DNA from: Camelus dromedarius
Taxonomy: Eukaryota
Direction of reading: 5' to 3'
Length of the DNA: 64,000 bases
Assembly: GCF_036321535.1 (NCBI RefSeq)
Contig: NC_087436.1
Location: 99,016,001-99,080,000 of the forward strand
Below, in pieces: positions 48,225 to 61,080 of the stretch; position 1 is the stretch's first letter, and the number at the start of each line of letters is the position of its first letter. The notes under the pieces were generated by a model. That model saw only the letters and a program-made list of their open reading frames with translations. It ran no database searches and was not told where the DNA came from. The position numbers and the translations under genes were made by a program.

Positions 48225-50240
48225 TGGAAGTTAGAGAAGAAGCTATAACATACACCGAGTCAGAATTCCAGAAGGAGAAAATAAAGAAAATAGGAAAGAC
48301 ACTATATCAAGACGGAATGACTAAGAATTATCCAGAATTGTTTAATGCACCAATGCTCATATCTAGAAAATCTAATAAATTCCAAGTGAAATAAAAGGAA
48401 AAACACATTGTTTCACATAATTTCCCCTTATGATGAAACTTCAGAACACCAAACAATATAAGATGATTTGAATTGCAGCCAATGAAAGACAATTACAAAG
48501 GAATGATAAATAAATTTAAAGGTAACTTCTGTATATAAAACAATGGAAGTCAGAAAACAACAGAAGAGTATCTTTAAAGAGTCAAAAGAAAATTTCTCCC
48601 AAACTCTAACTTTGCATCAAGCAAAATTATCCCTTAAAAATGAGAGTGAAATAAACATTTTGAGATAAAAAATTAGCCAAGAAAGGTTAACCTCCACATA
48701 TTGTCACTAACAGAAGTTCTAAAGGAGATATTTAAAGAAGGAAACTCATTCCCTGATGTGGACTGAATCACAAAAAAGCAGGGGTGGATAAAAATGATAC
48801 ATAATTAAGCAAGTCTAAACTAACTGGCAGCAAAAAACTTTTAAATGTTTAATTTGGGGTAACCAGGCAAAAATAAGCTAGAATTAGTATACTGAACAGC
48901 AAAGAATGGAAGCAGGAATGATCTTGATAAGACTTAAGTATTCCAAGATTCTTTTATTATTAGGAAGGGAGGTGGAGACACTAAATATCTTTAGAATTTT
49001 AGTGAGCTTCTTTAGTGTTGTGAAATAATTGACCTTTGTAAGGACCTTTCTATCTCATTGCCTTTAAACATGTTTATTCTTTCTCTTTCTTCAAAGTTTA
49101 CAGTTTTATATTTAATTTACTCTTTCAGATAACTTGGAAAATAGTGTAGAAAAAGAACAGGAGTGATGTAAAACAAAACATCCTTAAGACTAGGTTTCTT
49201 AAAACATTGGTGGAAGCAACATGTAAATATGGATGACTAGAAAGTTAACGAAGTATTTTATTTTTAAACTTCTGATAAGCATTAGAAAGGAATTGACTTG
49301 AATAATAAAGATTTCCTTTTTCCTTGCCTATTTTTCATTGTAAATATTTATATACTACTGGCCAGATGCTGGGGGACTTTTTTTGTAAAAATGTCATATC
49401 ACGTCACATAAGTCTGCCTTTATTATATTGTGTAAGTGAAAACTTAGACAATTAAAGTAATTATCTTTAAAAAAAAAAGTATCTACCTAAATCCTAAGAT
49501 AAACATAGGGCATATAACTTCCAAACAAGTATGGTGGGGGGGGGAATGGGATGAGAAACTTAAAAACACTAAATCAATATTAAAAAATGACGAGAACAAA
49601 ACAATGGAAAAATAGGAAGCAGGTATTATGGTAGTAGAAATAAATGTTAATGGAGTAAACACTCTAGTTACAAGAAAACATTTATAATACTGGTTTAAAT
49701 CTATGCTGGTTACATAAAATATGCCTAAAAAAGAAAGTAGAACATCAAAGACTATAAATACAGATTTTTGAAGGAATTTTTTGAAACATAACAATGGTTT
49801 ATATTAATGTCTGATGTCATACAAAGGAAAACATTATTGGGAATTAAAAGGATCACTATATAGTTATAAAAGAACTCAGCTAACCAGGAAGAGACAATGC
49901 TCAACATGTATGCACCTAAATGTGTAGCTCCAAAATATACAAAGCAAAAAATTAAAGGAAAAAACTATAAGGAGAAATTGACAAGTCTGTTACTAAAGTT
50001 AAGAGATTTTGCCATATTTTCCATAGTAACTGGTAGATCTATCAGACAGATAAATTAGTAAGCAGAGCATTTCAACAATTAAGAGGTTTGATCTAATTGA
50101 AATAAATAAAACATTGCACTCAAAATTAGAATACACTTCCTTCTTATGCATAGATAGAATATTTTATGAAAAGTGATCTCACCTTATGGCATAAAGGATG
50201 TCTCAATAAACCTCAAATAATTAGAATGAAATCAGTGTGA
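48225..50240 (+). mobile_element. Old L1 (L1M4/L1ME-like): ORF1, spacer and ORF2 endonuclease remnants
   Basis: 'gaattccagaaggagaaaataaag...aattatccagaatt...aacaatggaagtcagaaaacaa...gcaaaattatcccttaaaaatgagagtgaaataa' (ORF1); 'ataaatgttaatggagtaaac', 'aacatgtatgcacctaa' (EN). Confidence 0.75.
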
Positions 50241-50835
50241 ACCCTGAATACATCCTACACCCAATCTCCTGGTGTGAAGCAGCTGCTTTCATTATTATTA
50301 ATATACAAGTTCAGATAGATACAGGAAAGAAGAGGAAATGGTGGGTGGTATATTTATTACTTTCTGATACCTTGAAACTAAGTAAAACTGTAAAATTTTA
50401 ATAGTAAAATTTGTTCAACTTTTCTGAGTCTGAAGGCCTGATATGAGGGCAAATTTGAAGAGTAAAGAGAAAGGAGGTGTGACGTATGAATATTCACTTT
50501 TTAATAGGAGTGAAATAAAACTAGTATCATTCCTGTCTTGGCAAATAAGGTGACAATTTTCCACCAACATTTCTAATACATCCCTCACAATTTAGTCTAA
50601 TGATGAAAAATTTCTCTGTGTATATTACTTTAAATAAAGTTATGACGTGAATAATTTATGATTATTATTTATGGTGTGAATACAACCCATGTTTCTAGTC
50701 TCAACAGCTATTTCTGTTCATAATTCTTGCCCTAGCAACTGAATACAGTATTTTCAGGTAATAATCAAGATCTAGTACAAATACTTACACACTTCTACAC
50801 ATATATCAAATATTCTGGATGTACATATGCTATCA

Positions 50836-50864
50836 TGTGTGTGTGTGTGTATATATATATATAC
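50836..50864. repeat. (TG)n(TA)n microsatellite
   Basis: Visible. Confidence 0.9.
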
Positions 50865-51124
50865 ATAAACATTCATGGTGATCCATATTGTTAAACAGCT
50901 TCAGAGCCAAAGAAAATGTTACCAGTCTTTTTTTAAAGTCTCAAAACTTACTTCCTATACGAAGCATTTTCTGACACCCTGGTACACTTGTATGTTCATT
51001 CTCTTTATTTTCTGTGATATTATGTGCTGATTCAAGAGAAAGCATGTGGTAGCCAGGTTTTCAAGGGGCTAGATTTCTAAGATGACTTTTTTGCTGCAGA
51101 CGCATGATGGTCAGTCTTGGAAGT

Positions 51125-51300
51125 CAGTTTAAGCTTGAACTCTCACATTAGCTGTGTGACTTGAATCATGTAACTCCTCTGTACAAGTTTTTTACTCATC
51201 CACAAAAAGTAAAAAATTTGACTTTTCCTCACCTGTAAAAGTCAGATAATAATACCTATTGTATAGGATTGTGAAAATTAAAGAAATTAAAATGTGTATG
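51125..51300 (+). mobile_element. MIR SINE
   Basis: 'ttagctgtgtgacttg...ttttcctcacctgtaaaa...ataataatacctattgtataggattgtgaaaattaaa'. Confidence 0.8.
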
Positions 51301-51885
51301 CATGTATGCATATGTCTAGATTGTGTTCACATAGATATCTAAATGCAAACACATGTACACACACAGAGTCCAAGCTGCGAAATCATATAAAAGTTTTATT
51401 CTCATTACTATCAATCATGGTTTTAATATTTTTATTGAAAGCATTTGGTAACTTTGAGGTTTTTTATTTTGCAGGTAGATTTCTGATTCCCATGTTTTTC
51501 TTAGCCCCTGCTAGTCTACAGTGAGCTGTTGTTAACTTGTTCAAGGCCTATATATTCAGTTTCAATTATTCTTATTCACTTGCTCATGGATAAATCTTCA
51601 GTTTATTTAATTCTGCAATATACTCTATACAGTGCCAAGTGTCTGCTTTATATGTTATTTAAGGAAGACTGTGCTTTTACCCCCATATTTCACAAGCTCA
51701 GGTGAAGATGCTGCAAATAATTAGCCCCTATATAAAAGAATAGCATTTGCAATTTAAGGTAAATTACATTTGAAAAAAGTCAAAAATATTTATAATTAGA
51801 TCAGTCTATGTTAATAGGGCAGGTCCTGCATCTCACTCTGCTTTGAAACTAGCAGAGCAAGAAGTTCAAAATTTTTTAATTTTTA

Positions 51886-51917
51886 ACAAAACAAAACAAA
51901 ACAAAGCAAAACAAAAA
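51886..51917. repeat. (AAAAC)n pentanucleotide repeat
   Basis: Visible. Confidence 0.85.
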
Positions 51918-53544
51918 AACTCCAGATGGACAAATGTACAATGCTTTGGGAAGTACATTTAAAACATACATTAAAGAAAATGAACATTTCCTCATATAGT
52001 TCAAATTTATATTGTTCACAAAAAAGACTAACAAGTACCAAACAGTATGTGAACAGTTTTGTATCCTGTAGCACACAGAGATTCAAGACCAAGTGGGGTT
52101 TCTTTTTCATTAAATTTGTAGCTACCCATAGGCTACCAAGATTTCTTAAACCTCAATAAATATTCTCAATACTAGAACCTCCACTGAGAGTGATATGACA
52201 TGTTATTTTGTTTGTTTATGGTCTTCATGACTCACAGGCTTCCTAGGTCAAGTGATTCCAAACAGGCTTCAGAAAAAATTTACATATATATGCACACACA
52301 GACACAGAATTATGTATGTGTACCTATACACATAATACCTATTATATATAAATACCAATACATTTAATATCTACGTGTATAAAAAAAAAACTTTTGTAAA
52401 TGCAGACATTTTAACACAAAAGTCAAATGAGGCATATACCAATTATTTTCTTGGATTCAAGGATTACCTTTCTATCATTTAAACCTACATTTGTAAGTTA
52501 CAAACTTAGATTTCCTTTACAAATTATTTAAAGTTTAAAACCTCTTCTGAAACATTTTCAGTAGTTATTTTCTAAATTTAACCTTAATGAGCTGAGCAGT
52601 ATTTTTCTGTCATTCATTATTTGTGTTTATAAATTCCATCTCAAGAAAATACAGTGATAATGAATTCACCAGGCAATGAAACATATCACAAAGAAGTAAT
52701 GTCTACCATTTATTTAAGTTCTTTTGTCAAGAGAAGTGAAGAATGCTCACAATAGCAAAGAAACTATAAGAAAATGGCCCTAAAATTTAAGATTACATTT
52801 TCCTGATCTACAAATTGGGAGTGTCCTTTCAAAACTATGCTGTAAATTGTCTCTTACTTTGGACTTGTCTCTCTGTCCTTATCCTAGTTACTACTTTTAT
52901 GCTATTTTCTTTTCAATCAAGTCATTTTAATGCCCATGTGCCTCAGAAAAATAAAGCATCAGAAAATTGTATTTTTTCCATTCTAGACTCTATTTTTATC
53001 TTTTCATAGAAATTTGGTAAGAGGAGTTATTACTTTTATCCCTGAAGTCATCATCATCATAATCTCAAACACAGTCCAAGCATGCCACCATGTTAATAAA
53101 ATTTACTTTTTCATGCAAAATGTAATACTTTGCATAGCAAAGATTCCAATCTCAGATTTCACCAAGACAACAGAATGTACAGTTTACAATTACTAAATGA
53201 CATTTGGAACTTTGCAGCTTAAAAATTGGATAAACATTGTGAGGCTCATGTTTCCTTCCTAATGAGAGCCTGTTGAAAAGCAATATATTCTTACATGTTA
53301 GAAAATATTTAAATATATGTCTATTTGAGATGAAGTAGGACATATAGTATTGATTTCTCAATCTTCTTACAATGCTTGTGACTCCAATATTCTGCCTATA
53401 TACACAAAGACTTGAAGATAGCCTCAAGGTAATTTTACCCAAAAGTATTTTTAAAATTTCACTCTTCGTGTAATACTTATTTTCCAAATGGCAAGAAGGA
53501 AACAAAGAGTAACAACACAGAAACTCTTAAGCATAATTACCGCT

Positions 53545-53762
53545 ACATGAAAGAGGTTTTCTGGCACCAAGTAAACCTGACCTGACTCTCTCACTCAATA
53601 ATGATGGCTTTGAGCAGGTCAGTTAACCTCCCTTGTTCTAATATTTTTCATTTGTAAAATGAGGATAACAACTCCAAACAGTACAGGAGGTTATTTATAA
53701 CTATCAAATGAGGTTTTGTATTTGAAAGTTATCAAAAAGTAACTCATTGTGATTATTATTAA
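53545..53762 (+). mobile_element. MIR SINE
   Basis: 'ctttgagcaggtcagttaacctcc...tttcatttgtaaaatgaggataaca'. Confidence 0.75.
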
Positions 53763-53829
53763 CACAGTCTTATACTTCATTTGTAAGTTTTCTTCCCATT
53801 GTCTCCCCATCTTCTCCTAGAGGCTGAGT

Positions 53830-54586
53830 ATTATCACAGGTGTTAAATTAAACATGTCCCATAGATTCATCCTCAACTGTATTTTTTTCAAACACCACAT
53901 CCAGTCCAGGAGACTCTTCATTCAATTTTTTTCCCCAAATCCAGCACTTCCTTCCATGACCACTCCTAGAAACTAGATCCAATCCACCATTAAGTCTTTC
54001 CCAGATTACAGAAAAAGCTTACACCTTGGTTTGTTTCAAGTCTAACTCCTGATCATGTTTTCAAAACCCTAACCAGAAATCCTTTAAAAAATGCAAGTCA
54101 AACCATGTCCTTTACTTAAAATATTGCAATGGATTTTATTTTGCGTTAGAATAATTGCCAAAGTCATTACTATTGCGATCTGTAAAATCTTTCCCACTTG
54201 TTGCTCATCACCCATAACTGACTTAACTCAAGACAGCTGTGATTTTGCTCCTGGACTTGCGGTTTCCTATCCCTTGTTTGTTTTCACCTCAGTCGTATAC
54301 GTGACTTGCTTTATTACTTCAGGTCTGTTCAAATACTCAGTTGTTAATGAAGATTTAACCACTTCACTTAAAATCACAACTCTTGAACCGCATTGTGACT
54401 AGTCCCATTCACCTATTTTATTTGTTTCCCCGTGGCCCTAATTAACACTTAATATACCGCATATGCTAATTTGTTTATGGAATGTGAAGTTCTCTGGTAG
54501 AGGGATTTTTGTCTGTTTTCTTCAAAACTATATCTGCAACTGGTAGAACAATTCAGTAAATATATTTTTTAATGAATAAATAAATG
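53830..54586 (+). mobile_element. L2a 3' region
   Basis: 'cctttaaaaaatgcaagtcaaaccatgtc', 'cttcaggtctgttcaaat', 'gaatgtgaagttctctggtagagggatttttgtctgttt...aatgaataaataaatg'. Confidence 0.8.
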
Positions 54587-54623
54587 TCTTAAGGAAAAAA
54601 GTGTTTCTTCCTGCTAAGATTCC

Positions 54624-55113
54624 TGCATGAATTTTCCATTGCTGCAATAAACAATTACCACAAACTTCATGGCTTAAAACAATGTAAATTTATTATCTTA
54701 TAGTTGGATAGGGTAAAAGTCCAACACAGGTTTCACTGAATCTAGTAGTAAAACAAGGAGATGGGACAGGTCTATCCTCTTGCTTTTTCCAGCCTCTAGA
54801 GGTCACCCACATCCCATAGCTTGGGACACCTTACCTCCATCTTTGAAGCTAGCTGTGTCACATCTCTCTGACCATTCTCCTGTGGTGACATCTTCCTCTG
54901 ATTCCAACCTCTTCTTCAGCCCTCTCTCACTTTTAAAGACCCTCATCATTAGATTGGGCACACCTGAATGGTCCAGGCTACTCACCTATTTTAAGGTCAA
55001 TTGATTAGCTAATTTAAGTCTGTCTGAGACCTCAATTCTCTTGTTATGCAACTTACATTCACTGGGGGTTACAATGTGGTCATTTCTGGGAGGCCATTAT
55101 TCTGCCTCCCACA
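54624..55113 (-). mobile_element. MaLR solo LTR, MLT1D-like
   Basis: 'attaccacaaacttcatggcttaaaacaa...ttccagcctctagagg...ctattttaaggtcaattgattagc...gggaggccattattctgcctcccaca'. Confidence 0.9.
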
Positions 55114-55149
55114 GTGCCCTTCTGTAAGCACTCTTGAATCTTTCTCTTC

Positions 55150-56017
55150 CTTCTATATCCTCAGGCATCTTGATTCAGCCCTCACCTTTCCACTGTAACT
55201 ACTTGCACCAAAATCGCCAATGAGTACAAGTCACACATTCAGAGAACATTCTTCCATTCTCATTGTTTCATGCACCTGCAGCATGGGAAGCATGGCAGTC
55301 ATTTTGTCATTGAACGCTCTGCATCTGCCTCCTTCTTGCTTTATCTTTAAAAAGTCTCATTTATAACACTTTGATACAATCTGAATGTTTCACTCGTGTT
55401 CTATGTCTTCACTGATTTATTTGGAACCTTCATCTTTTCTCTCATAATTTTGTATTGGTTTTCCTTGTCTTCAGTCCTTTGTTTTATATTTAAATATTCA
55501 TACACAAACATGGTAGCATTTCTAAATTACAGTTCTAATTACATCATTGAACTATTTAAAATATACAGGGAAAGAGCCTAATTATTTTGGCACAATATAA
55601 TTATCCTCTCACAATGAAGCTTTGTTTTCTATCCTGGCCTCTACTTCAAATTAGAGGCGACTTCTTCTTGGTATTTCTTTGTTCCAGTCCTGTGAATTAC
55701 TTGGAGTTCTCAAGTGTGCAACCATATATTTTACAGTTTGTTTCATCTTCCGGAATTTTGTTCTCTTTTAAAATCCAATTCCAATATCATATCCTATGGA
55801 AAACACTTCCTGAATGATTTATGAAAATTTACTTAACTTCTCCAAGTTTCTCAACTGCTTTGTACATTCTTCTGTTTTAATATTCCAGTTTTTTTGTTTA
55901 CTTTTTCACTTCTAGATAATCATTTTTGTGACAAAATAAATGCCTTTTGACTAAAAAATTTAGTGAGGCAATTAATGCGGAATCCCGGATTGCTAAATAT
56001 TTATTGGATTAGTGAGT
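55150..56017 (+). mobile_element. Decayed L2
   Basis: Pyrimidine-rich L2-like tract, 'ctttaaaatccaattccaatatcatatcctatggaaaacacttcctga'; ends 'tgctaaatatttattggattagtgagt'. Confidence 0.55.
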
Positions 56018-56255
56018 TTTCTTTCTTTCTTCTACTGCAGTTGGCCGGGTGGGAGAGACCTAATAAGTCGTCTTGCAGAACAAAGAATAAGGATGGTGAT
56101 GTCTTACAAACAAACTCATTGTCTTTCTTTAGTTCCCATAGCACACGGTTCCAGTATCAATCACCTAATTCAAAACCACTAGCCTTACCAAACCTATATA
56201 TTTTTAACCTGTTATATTTTAAAATGTAAAGTTCTGTAATTATGCTAATCTACAG

Positions 56256-56435
56256 TAGCAGTTCTCAACCAGAGGTGTATTTGCCCTCCTTGGGATATTT
56301 AGAAATGTTTGGAGACATTTTTCAGAGTCACAACTGGGCTGATGCTACCAACATCTAGTGGACAGAGACCAGGGATGCTGCAACGAAGGGTTATCCAGCC
56401 CCAAATGTCAGCCGTGCCACTGTTGAGAAATGCTA
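56256..56435 (+). mobile_element. MER20 with internal deletion
   Basis: TIRs tagcagttctcaac / gttgagaaatgcta (13 of 14 match); 'aatgtttggagacattttt...cacaactggg...catctagtggacagagaccagggatgctgc'. Confidence 0.92.
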
Positions 56436-57426
56436 CTTGAGTAAAGGATGTATCTCCGTAAAGATAATATCCATATCTATATATCTAAATAGTATATTTA
56501 ATTAACTTCTATGGGTACTGGAACACATGTGATTTTTTAATTCTATGCTACTTTTATATAGTTGTAAGAACAAAAGTTCCATTTTATTTCTCAAAGGAAA
56601 CTAAAACATGATTTCCTCTAGAATATTACATCTTTCATTTTTTCTGTGTATATGACCTATATATATATATATTCTACTGCTTTTCCTTAATTATAGTGCA
56701 TTCCTTTTACAGACTGAACTTTATTTTACAAAACTAATTTGGAAGTTAGAATCCAAGATGAGTTCATTTGTTTCAAAATGAAAAAAAAAACACATTATTC
56801 CTTCACTATGCCTTAAGCTGTCTTTCAGAGACATTATAATAACATCACATGAATGGAAATTAATTAGTACTTTGTTTTTGCACTAGACTTTCTTTTGTAA
56901 GCTGTACGTAGATATTGTTTCTTCTACTAAATATGTGATAAGAAAAATGAAACATAGCCTTTTCCCTGCTTAGGAACAACAGAATGACAAAACAGAACAT
57001 CTTTCTCCAGTATATATGCATGCATATATATTTTAAAGTGTCCTACATATAGTACTAAAGGTGACCCATGCAATGTAGAAATACTATGGTGAAATTTAAT
57101 AAAAAATTAAAAAAAGCAAAACAGAGAGAAAGATTAGAATTTAACTTACTCTTCCATGATTTGTGAGGCCTGTTAGTGAAAGAACTTGTAGATTTCCTGT
57201 AGCCCACAGAGCAGCACAGACACTCTAGCTTGATACATCCTGAGAACATACTGACCATTTATACCACAAGGTAGCGTCCAGTATTAGTTTGTTCACTTAA
57301 TGAAATCACCTATTGTTTATGAGACTTGGCAGATAGATAAGCCAATCCGCAGTCTTGTGGAAATGTACAGTCACATACGGGAAACAGACAAGTACCGTGG
57401 CAATGCTACAGAAGCACACTGGAAAG

Positions 57427-57980
57427 TGTGGCAGATGCTGTAGATAGCCCACCCAGCAGCCATTAGCTCCTTATTCCTTGCTATAAGAAGCTGGCTTCTG
57501 TTCAGGAATTGATGGCCCAGGTACTCAGGGAAAGTGGTCCCCTCCCCAGCCCCCAGACAAAATGTTGATTAGACAAAGCTTGTAATAACCATGCTTTTCC
57601 TTTTGCAAGTGACTGGCTCAGGTGTGGTCATGTGATATAACTGTGACTAATGACACAAATATGAAATGTGCTTTTGGGGACCTGCAGAAGGATTTTTTTC
57701 CTGATAAAAAGACAGGTGGGGGGCTATCACTTTCTCCTCTGCCAAGTGGTTTATTTGAGGACATGATGACTGGAACTGCAGCAGTGTTGTAACCATTAGG
57801 GCATCAAGCCAAGTTTGAAAGTCAAAATTCTGAGGATAGTGGAAAGGAAAGATGAAAGATCCTGGCTCTTGATGAGCTGGCTCTGCCTTACACAAGACTT
57901 CTTTTTATCAACTTTTCTTTTAAAACTAATTATAATTGTATTTTCTCTCTTCTCCAGCTGAAAATATCTTAACTGATAGA
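57427..57980 (+). mobile_element. MaLR solo LTR, MLT1K/J-like
   Basis: 'tgtggcagatgctgt...gtgactggctcaggtgtggtcatgtga...tgatgactggaactgcagcag...gaaagatcctggctcttgatga...cagctgaaaatatcttaactgata'. Confidence 0.82.
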
Positions 57981-60939
57981 GAAAGCTACTTAAGCAAAGC
58001 CAAGAGAGATCAGGTAAGACTTCCCAAAGTAAATACAACCTGTCTGCACCACCAAAACTCTTGCAGATACCTCTGAAGCTACTTGTTCTCTATAAATACT
58101 GTCTCAGAGACCCAGTAATCAGAATAAAGGGGGGGAAAAAAAGAAGAACCAAATAAGGGGCATGTATTAAGGGAAGAGTGCAATGTCATAATTCATGGAA
58201 TACACTCAAAATCAGAGAAACTATGATACTGAGATTTTCAGAACCCAAGAGAAGAAAGAGAAATATTAAATAACCATCCATATGTGTACTCACTCACTTA
58301 GAAGTCATTTTAAATAAGATTTATCAAGACAGACAACAAAAAGGGCTACTTCACAAACATTATAAACAGATTAGCAAGAGACTTTGCAGCTATTGCCTGT
58401 AATGCACCTGAAATGGATATAACTTTGTTTCCTGGAACTCCCCTAGCCATGAGGTGAGGAGCACAGGAGGATGCAAGAGATTGTGTGCAATGAAGGAGAG
58501 ATTTAGACTCTAGTCCCACTGAGTATGCTTACAGAAATCACTGCAGCTATTCAGCCATCCCTTCACTGATTCTAACAGAGGCTGTTTCATATTCCTTTTA
58601 TATAGGGATATTTAAAAGCAAAAAAGCAAACACATCTTTCCCCTTATTTGTGCATGCTCTTACAGCCTCATATGAATTGAGCTGCTTTTATCAGCCTAGA
58701 TGTTTGAGCATCTTTAACAACTGGTCCTTGTACCATCACTACAGGGTCCAGTTCTAGTTTCCAGCAAATATGCAGTGACTAATGGTGGCTGTTCCCCATT
58801 GATGCTGTAATCACTGTGTGACATTAACTCACTTCACTATAAGTCATATATGAAATGCTATGGACATACATTTTCATCGAGATCCTTCTGTCAATGAAAT
58901 AAGAGCTGTTAATAATTTAAGTGAATAACTGGTATTACCCAAGATGGTCAAGGTTCTTCTGGCCTATCTGGAAAGAAACTTTTATCTCAAGACTTTAGCA
59001 CTGCTCTTTCAACTATATAATTTTTCAGTTAAGAAAGCTGTATTTTCAAAACAGTATTCTGAAATGGTCAATAAAGTGTATTTTAAATGACAAATTATTT
59101 TAGAAAATTAACCAATATGTATTATTAAGTTTTACTGACCGTCAGCTTTAGAAAAGGTCAAGATTAACTGGAATTCTTCAGACAGCTCTATGGAAGAGGT
59201 GAAATTTGAAACAGACCTTGCAAGATTTGTTGGGCTGGAGGGGAAGAGGAAGGATCAATGATAACAGTGTGGAAACAATGCAAACAAAGAGAGGGAAAAG
59301 GAATTTTATCAGTATTACACTGATCAATTCAAACTGACTAATCATGTGCATTACCTTCATAAAAATGAATAACCTTTTTTTGATTTACTATGTTCACAAG
59401 ACTTCATATAGCTGACTTTTAATATCTATTCAAATAGAATAAATCCTATCAATTATTTTTTGATGAGTAAAGGAGTTATGATTATTCTCTTAATTATATT
59501 TAAAGAAATGGATAAAATAATTACTTAAAGTGATAGAAATTTAATAATGGAGGCCAAAACAATTTCATGAATTTTTAAACTCCTTTTATCCAGTGCTCCT
59601 TTTACTCTGTAGCATCTCTTCTCTAATAATGGAAAGATAGTACAGTAATTGTCTCCTTGTGGCTGAGAAAAATATGGTGAACATAATTCCACAGTTGTTA
59701 TAAGACTGAAAAAAGAAAATGTGGAATCCATGAGAAGAAACCACGGAGGAGTCAGGAATAGAACTGGCTGTGAACCAGAATGAAGTTTTTGAAAGCAGAG
59801 AGGACAAAAGGTAAACACTGATATTCCATAATTGTGGCAATAAGCTTCTAATAACAAAACTATACAGAAAAGGTTGGGTATGGAGGATGAAAATATATTC
59901 AATTGCCTGTTTCAGTGAATAGCAATTTAGGATGCAGCTGTTTAATGTGGAAAATATCATGGTCTAGTGGACCAGAGTCTAGACTGGGCTCTACTCCAGT
60001 TCAGCTATTGAATCCGGTAGATCTTAAACAGATTGCAGGAGACTAGGACGTGAAGATGATTTACTGGCTTCTTGCCCACTTCTTTTCTTTGTAGCCCTCT
60101 GTCTTTAACTGGATCTTAGAAAACCTAAAAGTCTGTAATAAAATATTATTAATCTCCCTTGAAAAAGCTTTGTGACACATAGAATATGGATAGACAAAGG
60201 GCCAAAACCACAACGTAAAAAACAAATAAGAGCGTGTGCAGCAAGGAAAAAGGCGTATCAGCAACTGGGTGTTTATCAGTTTGTAATTGTGAGTACCAAA
60301 CTGTCCGCTGAATTTGTTAAAATGTAATAGTAGGTTGCACATGCTCCTGTGCCCTCATCCTACTGGTTAGCTCATGATTGGACAGCATAAATCCCTTATT
60401 TTCAGATGCACAAGGAAAATGATGGTATTTCTTGCATGAGCAATTTTGTGCTTCATTGCTCTTAACTGCGTGCTTAAGCTTCACTCTTTGAAAGCCTCCA
60501 ACGTCTTAGAAAAAAAGGAGGTCAATATGTGAGATCTTGCAGAAATGCAAAAAAATCTGAAGAAGAGAAAAAACAGATCTGCTGCTTGAAGGAGTAACCC
60601 ATTTAAAAACACAAGTTCATGCCTTGAAATTAAGTACAAGCATAGCCTATAAATGATTTTAAAAATTTCATTACAAAAAAAGGGTTGTTGAAATAAGTAA
60701 CAAACTGCCAAAGTCAATAATAAAAGCAAAGTAGTATAAATCAGCTGGAGACAACTGAATCAAATTTTAGAAAAGAAAGAAGCCAGGAATACTGCCTTGA
60801 TTCTTACAGCAGGAAAAATATCTACATCAACTTTTTCGAGTTATCACTGAATATGAACAATTCCTTATTATACCTGACATAATTTACAGTAATTTAGGGC
60901 TGATGTTAACTTGTTATATTTACTAAAGAAAACTATATT

Positions 60940-61080
60940 CTTTATTTTACTTAACCTATGTTCTCTGAGGTCAGAGACGCTAGGTAATTTTTCATTGTTT
61001 TATTCCTACACCTAGGGTAATACTTAGCAAAGAACAGAACCGCAGTTATTAGTTATTAAATAAAATAATGAAGAAATGAA
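60940..61080 (+). mobile_element. L2 3' end
   Basis: 'ctatgttctctgaggtcagagac...ttattcctacacctag...aaataaaataatgaagaaatgaa'. Confidence 0.55.

Noticed and set aside
48098..48394. 98-aa ORF
   Set aside because: Spans the MLT1E/L1 ORF1 junction; repeat-derived.
53152..53505. 117-aa minus-strand ORF
   Set aside because: AT-rich composition, non-ATG start, no recognisable homology.
59525..59960. Two overlapping 124-125 aa minus-strand ORFs, the longest in the window
   Set aside because: Reverse of an A-rich tract giving F/L/S/I-rich peptides; no domain or exon evidence.
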